Positions 53,610 to 64,000 of a DNA stretch of 64,000 nt are shown piece after piece. A program made the position numbers and the translations under genes. This DNA comes from Octopus vulgaris (lineage: Eukaryota), in contig OX597815.1 in assembly GCA_951406725.2 (NCBI GenBank), positions 199,392,001-199,456,000 of the forward strand, written 5' to 3'. Position 1 is the stretch's first letter; every line of letters begins with the position of its first letter. The notes below the pieces were generated by a model. That model was not told where the DNA came from. It worked only from the letters and a program-made list of their open reading frames with translations, and did not search any database.

Positions 53610-53932
53610 TTCTGTTGTGTCTGGGGAGAGTCATTTTTTTGTTTTTGTGCCTTATAATGTAACACACTCACCGGTAAAATTTCCACTTATTTCTTATTTT
53701 TATTTTCCTAAAATTTTCGTTGTGTCTTGCAACCTTTTCAATAGTCTTGACTCTGTCCGTTATTTACATTGCTTTCCTTTTTATTTATTTATCTTAAAGA
53801 CTATTGAAAAGGTTGCAAGACGCAACGAAAATTTTAGGAAAATAAAAATAAGAAATAAGTGGAAATTTTAACGGTGAGTGTATTACACTATAAGGGACAA
53901 AAAGAAAATTACTCTCCCCAGACACAACAGAA
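53610..53932. repeat. ~137-bp-arm inverted repeat, 48-bp spacer
   Basis: 53610-53748 is the reverse complement of 53797-53932 with some mismatches. Confidence 0.9.
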
Positions 53933-54230
53933 TATGCCTCAACACACGAACTCATATAAAGAATCTTGCAAATCCAAAACGAAACATATGGTTCAAAATT
54001 ATACAAAAAAATCATGACAGAGACAGGTGAGGAAACAACAAAAATGGCATATTAGTTTGACGATCAGGAAAAAGGAAAGAGTCTTCGACGTTTCGAAACT
54101 GTGCTCTCCTGCAGAAAGAAATGAGGAGAAAAAACAAATTGTGAGAGAAATGTGTATGTGTATATATGCATGTATGTATGTATGTATGTATGTATGTATG
54201 TATATATGTATTTATGTATGTATGTATGTA

Positions 54231-54279
<49 letters not shown>

Positions 54280-54281
<2 letters not shown>

Positions 54282-54473
54282 TTTTACTCTATTACTTGTT
54301 TCAGTCATTTGACTGCGGCCATGCTGAGGCACCGCCTTTAGTCGAGCAAATCGACCCCAGGACTTATTCTTTGTAAGCTTAGTACTTATTATAACGTTCT
54401 CTTTTGCCGAACCGCCAAGTAAAGGGGACGTAAACACACCAGCATCGATTGTCAAGCGATTTTGGGGAGACAA

Positions 54474-54567
<94 letters not shown>

Positions 54568-54705
54568 GACGGGCTTTTTTTTTAGTTTCTGCCTACCAAA
54601 TCCACTCACAAGTCTTTGGTCGGCCTGAGGCTATAGTAGAAGAAACGTGCCCAAGGTACCACGCAGTGGGACTGAACCCGGAACCATGTGGTTGGTAAGC
54701 AGCCA
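54280..54705 (-). mobile_element. SINE A
   Basis: Similarity. Confidence 0.9.
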
Positions 54706-54781
54706 TAGTTTACAACTTAAAGGAAGAAGTCAGGGGAATAAATTACAAGGTAGATAAATGTTGCTTAAATGTCTCAGGATT

Positions 54782-54953
54782 TAAATCCGAGATAGTAAGT
54801 CGTATTTTGTAGGAAAATAGGAAAATTGAACAAGGAGACGAACTCTCAGGATTTTGTTAAACTCTTTATATAAATGGTTTAACACCCCGGGAGTTCGACT
54901 CCTTGTTCAATTTTCCTATTTTCTACGGAATACGACTTACTATCCCGGATTTA
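54782..54953. repeat. 172-bp foldback hairpin (MITE-like)
   Basis: TAAATCCG.GATAGTAAGTCGTATT...GAACTC arms of ~68 bp plus inner TGTTAAAC/GTTTAACA pairing. Confidence 0.85.
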
Positions 54954-55234
54954 TATATTAAACTGTACCTGTATTTGAAAGGGCCAGACTTGCCACATTC
55001 AGTGTCACGCTGAATCTCCCTAGGAACAACTTAGGGGTACATGTGTCTGCGGAGTACTCGGCTTGTTAATTTAACTAGGAGTTATTTCCGTTTATCAGAC
55101 CAACACTCCTCTTCGTAACCGACGTAGTGCCAGTTGTGCGTGTATGTATGTATGTATGTATGTATGTATGTATGTATGTATGTATGTATGTATGCATTAT
55201 GTATGTGTGTGTGTTTGTATGTATGTATGTCTCT

Positions 55235-56721
<1,487 letters not shown>

Positions 56722-56794
56722 CTAAAAATATATATATAAATAAACACGCCTGATATGAAACTAAACTACAAAAAGCGCATATTATATTTATATA

Positions 56795-56915
<121 letters not shown>

Positions 56916-57426
56916 GTGTATGTGTGTCTATGGGCAGGCATGCGCATTACTCTATCGGTACTGGAGATCAAAACCGTTGTTCAACAAAGCTTCTCTTAAT
57001 ATCAAAGCCAGGAATTCTTTTATATTTCAGATAACTTTTCGTCTTTTACGTTCCATTCCTTATTGATTTTACAAGTTGGAAAAATCTTCGAATTGATTGG
57101 ATTGCTGTTCGATAGAGTTCTTCATTTGTGTTGTGTTGACCACTCCTTCGAGACCAATTTCAAAAGAAATCATTTGAATTTCAGCTGTTAATTACAAAAA
57201 CTGTTAACAAAACTAGCTTTTATAATTGCTTCTCCTGGTTAGGGACTAATCAGTATAAAGTAAATTAATCAGCTTTGTGCTATATATTTATAAGTGCACG
57301 TATGTATGTATGTATGTATGTATGTATGTATGTATGTATATATGTATATGCATGTATTCGTGAGTAGGTACGTACGTATGAACGTAAGTATATATGTAAG
57401 AATGTATGCATGTACGTATGCATATA

Positions 57427-57463
<37 letters not shown>

Positions 57464-57499
57464 CGATGAAGGAAACGGAAGGGATATATATATAATATG

Positions 57500-57535
<36 letters not shown>

Positions 57536-57572
57536 TGTATGTATATATATATGTATATATATATATATGTAT

Positions 57573-57632
<60 letters not shown>

Positions 57633-57661
57633 GTATATGTATATATGTATGTGTATATATA

Positions 57662-57702
<41 letters not shown>

Positions 57703-58717
57703 GTATGTATATGTATATATGCATGTGATGTGTGTATGAATGTAAGTATGTATGTAAGAATGTATGCATGTGCGTATGCACATATATGTATGTATATATA
57801 TGTATATACGTATGTATGTACATATGTACGTGTGTACGTACGTATGTGTGTATATATGTATTTATAAGAAACAAGACTTACAACAACAAATAGACGCAAA
57901 GAGAGACAGACAGACAGACAGACAGACAGGCAGGCAGGCGGACGGACAGACAGGCAGACGGACGAACAGACAGACAAACGTACGGACGGACAGAAGAAGA
58001 GAAACGAAGACAATAAATGCTCTTTTAAGTTTTATGGCATCAGAAAGGAATGTCGAGTATTTTAAACGAACCATTCGGAGTCCTCCAAAACGTCTTAAAA
58101 TTTGAAACGTAAGTCGAGGCACGTGTGAGCGCTAGTGTACGTGTGTGTGTATATTGTGCGTGTGTCTGTGTGTGCGTGCGTGCATTAGTAGAAAGGCGAT
58201 TGAAAATTGTTGTTGTTGTTGTTGTTGTTATTGTTGTTGTACAGATGGTGTTATTGTAATGATTGTTTTTATAGTAGTCGGTGGTTGACGGTGAAAGCTG
58301 GTGGTGGCTTGTGGTTAATGCTGAGCAAGTGTCGGTCAATTTGGGAGAGCGCGCAGTGGGGGGGGGGAAAGAGGAGAAGGAAAGAGATAGAGAGAGAGTG
58401 AGAGAGACAGACAGACAGACAGACCGACAGACAGACAGACTGACAGACAGACAGACAGATAGAGAAAGAGAAAGAGGGAGGGAGGGAGAGAGAGAGAGAG
58501 AGACAAAGAAAAAGAGAACCGAAATGCTTTGTAACGCTTTGTGACTACCAAGATCAAAATTAACCATTAAGAAAACTAATTATTATTGAGCTTGACAAGG
58601 ACGAGGTAATTATTCAACAGGGGGAACCAATATGGAAGACAAGTGTGTTAGAAGTAAAGAGAGAAGCAGAAGTAGTCGCAAAGCGAGCAGGAAAGAGAGA
58701 GAGAGAGAGGGGGCAGA

Positions 58718-58731
58718 GAGGAGGGAGGATA

Positions 58732-58772
<41 letters not shown>

Positions 58773-59140
58773 AGAAAGTGAAAGAAAGTGAAAAACAGAG
58801 AGGAGGGAGGATAAGAAGAGAGAGAGAGAGAGAGAGAGAAGAGAAGGAGAGAGAGAGAGAGAGAAGGAGAAAGTGAAAAACAGAGAGGAGGGAGGATAAG
58901 AAGAGAGAGAGAGAGGGAGAGAGAGAGAAGGAGAAAGTGAAAGAAAGTGAAAAACAGAGAGGAGGGAGGATAAGAAGAAAGAGAGAGAGAGAGAAGGAGA
59001 GAGAGAAGGAGAAAGTGAAAGAAAGTGAAAAACAGAGAGGAGGGAGGATAAGAAGAAAGAGAGAGAGAGAGAAGGAGAGAGAGAAGGAGAAAGTGAAAGA
59101 AAGTGAAAAACAGAGAGAGAGAGGGGGAGAGAGGGAGAAG
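58718..59140. repeat. Polypurine GA-rich minisatellite (~65-75-bp unit, ~5.5 copies)
   Basis: GAGAAGGAGAAAGTGAAAGAAAGTGAAAAACAGAGAGGAGGGAGGATAAGAAG recurs. Confidence 0.9.
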
Positions 59141-59678
59141 GATCGAACGCCGTAGTATTTCCATTCGCCGCTCGTACTGGCATCCATCTTTTAAAATATC
59201 TCCGACCCCATTTTGCAAGGAAGTTTGGAAGTGAGTCATAACGCGCTGATAGAGTTTGCACGTAAATAAATATAAAAATATTATCGTGTCGGCGTGCAGA
59301 TCCACCACCAGCAGCAACAGCAGCAGCGGCAGCAGCAGTAGCAGAAGCAGCAGCAGGAACAACAACAACAATAATAATAGAACTGACCTGTCTAGCAGTC
59401 AAATAAAATGTTCCTTGGCTCCATGCTATGCCTGACGGGGGAGGAAAAATATTACACTCCTACGGACGACAACATGGAAGTAGTTAAATGTGGAAATTTG
59501 TGGAAATTGTAAGCTCTTTGGTACAGGTTGCGACGGACTTAACCAAATAGAATAACATCTGCTTTGAATTTCAAGATGATATTACAGCTTCTTACAAAGC
59601 GCGATAATTATACATCGCTACACTCCTTTGACATTATATATATGTGTATATATATATAAATATATATATATATATGTT

Positions 59679-59751
<73 letters not shown>

Positions 59752-59820
59752 GTATGTATATATATATATATGCGTGTGCATGTGTATGTGTGTGTATGTG
59801 TGAGAGAGAGAAAGAAAGAG

Positions 59821-59870
<50 letters not shown>

Positions 59871-60674
59871 TTATATATACATATACATATTTATATATAT
59901 ATATGCGTGTGCATGTGTATGTGTGAGAAAGAGAAAGAAAGAGTCTGTGTGTACGTATGTCTGTATATACACGTACATATAAATACATGTGTACATATAT
60001 TTATATGCATATATGTATGCATGTATGCATATATGTATGTATGTATTTATGTTAAGAAAGCAATGACCACATACACACACATGTATATTTGAATGTGTGT
60101 ATATGTATGCGCGAGTGTGTATGTGTGTGTGCGTTTCTATATATATATGTGTGTATGTATAAATGTATGTATGTATGTTTGTTAAGAAGGCAATGAGAAT
60201 ACATACATATCTAGACATATATCTGTATATGAGAGTATGATTGCGTATATGTATACATGTGTGTATATGTATATGCAAGACACATGCACACTCACACACG
60301 TACACACACATACACACACATACGGGCGTGGGGTTCGAAAGGTTGGGGCAAACGCCCTCCCGTAGCCTCATGCAAATATAATTATTATCTAACCTTTATT
60401 TTAATTTTCCGTTCCTCGCAAATTAAACGGCCGGTGCTCGGCTTATTTCAATAATTAGGAATCCCCTTTTTTTCCAGTCGAAATCCTGGCGACGCCCATG
60501 GTATTCATAAATGTTAGAGTTGTTATGTGATACAGACCAGCAAAACATTTAATCAGGAACATTTATTACATTTACTGGTAACGGAGTAAATTTTATTGTG
60601 TATGACTTTATAATATATATAGCGGATGGATGACTGTGGTTGTTTAGTTTCGCTTCATTTGAATTAAACTATCT

Positions 60675-60846
60675 AGGCGTAGGAGTGGCTGTGCGGTAAG
60701 TAGCTTGCTTACGAACCACATGGTTCCGGGTTCAGTGCCACTGCGTGGCACCTTGGGCAAGTGTCTTCTACTATAGCCTCGGGCCGACCAAAGCCTTGTG
60801 GGTGGATTTGGTAGACGGAAACTGAAAGACGCCCGTCGTATATATG

Positions 60847-60893
<47 letters not shown>

Positions 60894-61267
60894 TAGTTCG
60901 ACGAGACGTGTTCTTTTCTCACCTTCGAAACACGCTGGAGTTGAACTAGGGACGGCTGATGAAGGGGATTTTTCCTTGTGTAGTTGTCTTGTTCTCTGTT
61001 TTTTCGTTGTTAAAGGAATGGTCCGTTCCATGCTGTTTTTACGTTTTCGTTTCTCGTTGAGTTCTACGTCTATTTGTGGTGTCATGTACACACGTATATA
61101 TATTTATATTTGCATGTATATATACATGTAGATGTAGGTACGTACATATATGTTTGTATGTATGCATATATTTTATTTATTACACTATTGTATGACTGAG
61201 CGCCTCCACGTCGATTCGATTCGATTCGTTTGATTTCATTTCGTTTCTTCTTCTTCTTCTCTAAGCT

Positions 61268-61314
<47 letters not shown>

Positions 61315-61901
61315 GACGGGCGTATATATATATATATACATACATACATATATATAATGTCAAAGGAGTGTAGCGATGTATAATTATTGCGTTTTGTAAG
61401 AAGCTGTAATATCATCTTGAAATCCAAAGCAGATGTTATTCTATTTGGTTAAGTCCGTCGCAACCTGTACCAAAGAGCTACAATATATATATATACAAAA
61501 TGGGACAAGAACGCAAAACATCCAGAAAACGATACAAAAAACACAGACGGGTCATTCAAGCCTTTAATCTTCAGTCAAGAACCGGATCATCCTCGCAATG
61601 TCGGGTGTGTTTGTGTGTCTGTGTTTGTATCCCCTCCCAACATCGCTTGACAACCGATGTTGGTGTGTTTATGTCCCCGTAACTTAGCGGTTCGGCAAAA
61701 GTGACCGATAGGCGCAGGAGTGGCTGTGTGGTAAGTAATTTGTTTACCAACCTCATGGTTCCGGGTTCAGTCCCACTGCCCACTGTGGCACCTTGGGCAG
61801 GTGTCTTCTACTATAGCCTCGGGCCGACCAAAGCCTTATGAGGAGATTTGGTAGACGGAAACTGAAAGAAGCCCGTCGTATATATATATATATATATGTG
61901 T

Positions 61902-61948
<47 letters not shown>

Positions 61949-62162
61949 TGTGTCTGTGTTTGTCCCCCTAGCATTGCTTGACAACCGATGCTGGTGTGTT
62001 TATGTCCCCGTTACTTAGCAGTTCGGCAAAAAAGACCGATAGAATAAGCACTGGGCTTACAAAGAATAAGTCCCGGGGTCGAGTTGCTCGACTAAAGGCG
62101 GTGCTCCAGCATGGCCACAGTCAAATGACTGAAACAAGTAAAAGAGTAAAAGAGTAAAGAGT
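60675..62162 (+). mobile_element. SINE A head and tail separated by nested inserts (60675-60840...61605-61710), then a full SINE A (61710-62162)
   Basis: Similarity; intervening TA-embedded elements. Confidence 0.8.
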
Positions 62163-62177
62163 ATATTTTTCTCTTGT

Positions 62178-62683
62178 GGAGGTGCAATGGCTCAGTGGTT
62201 TGGTCAGCGGACTCGCAGTCGTAGGATCGCGGTTTCGATTCCCAGACCGGGCATTGTGAGTGTTTATTGAGCAAAAACACCTAAAGTTCCACGAGGCTCC
62301 GGCAGGGGGTGGTAGTGAACCCTGCTGTATTCTTTCGCCACGACTTTCTTTCAATCTTTCTTCCCGTTTCTGTTGTACCTGTATTTCAAAGGGCTGGCCT
62401 TGTCACTCTCTGTGTCACGCTGAATATCCCCAAGAACTATGTTAAGGGTACACGTGTCTGTGGAGTGCTCAGCCACTTACACGTTAATAAATGAGCTGCG
62501 ACGACACTGGTGCCAAGCTGTATCGGCCCCTTTGCCTTTCTCTTGGATAACCCTGGTGGCGTGGAGAGGGGAGGTTGGGATGCATGGGCGACTGCTGGTC
62601 TTCCATAAACAACCTTGCCCAGACTTGTGCCTCGGAGGGTAACTTTCTGAGTGCAATCCCATGGTCATTCGTGACCGAAGGGT
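62178..62683 (+). mobile_element. SINE C head with a different, longer body
   Basis: Family C tRNA head; body GTACCTGTATTTCAAAGGG...GTCACGCTGAAT shared with 54963-55133 (+) and 63595-63895 (-). Confidence 0.75.
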
Positions 62684-62714
62684 CAATACAACAGCAACAA
62701 TATCTTTCTCTTAA

Positions 62715-63580
62715 CGTTTATGTATATATATGTGTATATATATATGTATATATATGTGTATATATATATGTGTATATATATGTATATATGTATGTATATA
62801 TATGTATGATATGGCCCCTGTATATGTATATATGTATGTATATATATGTATATACATATGTGTATATGGGGATATATATATGTAGCATGTATATATGTAT
62901 ATATGTGTATATGTATATATATATATGTATATATAGTGTATATGTATATATATATATGTATACATATGTATATATGTATATATATATGTATATATGTATA
63001 TATATATGTATATGTATATATATATATATGTATATATATGTGTATGTATATATGGGCGTCCATATGTATATATATATGTGTATATGTATATGTATATATA
63101 TGTATATATATGATGTATATGTATATATATATATGTATATATATGTGTATATGTATATATATATATGTGTATATATGTGTCTCTTGCCATATGTATATAT
63201 GTATATATATGTGTCTCTAGCGGTATATATATATGTATATATATGTGTACACACACACACACACATGTATATATATATGTATGTATATGTGTGTATATGT
63301 ATATATATGTGTCATATGTTCAGTTTAGTTCAGGATTTCTTGCCAGTAGAAAAGAGCCGGTTTCTAACCTAGATCCAAGGTTCCTTTATTGGAATTTCAA
63401 CATTTACAACAGTATTTTTATTTGTATGTATGTACGTATGTATGTATGTATGTACGTATGTATGTATGTATGTATGTATGTATGTATGTATGTATGCATG
63501 CGTGCATGCATGTATGTATGTATGTATGTATGTATGTATGTATGTATGTATGCATGCATGCATGTATGTATGTGTGTGTG
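62715..63580. repeat. Degenerate (TA/TG)n and (TATG)n tracts
   Basis: Direct reading. Confidence 0.95.
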
Positions 63581-63594
63581 TGTCCATCTGTCTG

Positions 63595-63895
63595 TCGGTT
63601 ACATTAGCGCGTGTTCCTGTTGATCCAATCAACGAAACAGCTTGCCAATTAATGCACGAATGGCTGGCTGAGAACTCCTGAGACATTCACGCGTTGTTCT
63701 TGCAGAGATTCAGCGTGACATAGAGTTCAATGGTAGGCTGGCTCTTTGAAAGACAGGTACCACGCATTTTTGACAGCTGAGTTGACTGGAGAAACGGTGA
63801 ATAAAGTATCTTGCACAACGACAAAGCGAGCTGCCGAGAATCGAACTCACAACCTTACGTTGTGCGGCAAAAACCCTGGCCACTAAGCCACACCT
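63595..63895 (-). mobile_element. Old tRNA-headed CORE-like SINE
   Basis: Minus GGTGTGGCTTAGTGG...GAGTTCGATTC...TTGTGCAAGATACTTT...CAACTCAGCTG. Confidence 0.7.
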
Positions 63896-63962
63896 CTTTT
63901 TTTTTCCAAGTATGTGCACATACAAACACATACATACATACATACATATATACGTATGTATG

Positions 63963-64000
<38 letters not shown>

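Noticed and set aside
59300-59380. CAG-rich run as a polyglutamine exon
   Set aside because: Short, closed by nearby stops, no clear splice sites.

Overview
Eukaryotic, AT-rich, almost entirely non-coding window (large intron or intergenic). The microsatellite load and tRNA-derived SINE families resemble an octopus (coleoid cephalopod) genome; this is recognition and inference, not a database result. No intact protein-coding gene is supported: the long ORFs in the track are microsatellite or SINE translations. Content: (1) about 25 copies of a tRNA-headed SINE ('A') with an internal (TA)/(TG) microsatellite; (2) a second SINE ('B') forming head-to-tail ~182-bp arrays, with TSDs that mostly begin at GGTAY, a motif also in its own head; (3) tRNA-Arg-like and CORE-like SINEs; (4) decayed coding remnants of L1/Tx1, R4/Dong (in TAA repeats), CR1-type, Penelope-like (GIY-YIG) and hAT elements; (5) hAT, Tc1/pogo, piggyBac-like and Helitron non-autonomous elements. 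Main highlights: about 10 minimal hammerhead-ribozyme-like folds in small elements lodged mostly in (TA)n tracts, including a 546-bp retrozyme-like 1.2-mer and two inverted pairs; evidence that SINE B builds arrays by inserting into itself; and a 470-bp tract that reads as a T>C (A>G on minus) transliteration of its flanking microsatellite. Coordinates were read by eye and degenerate ends are approximate.
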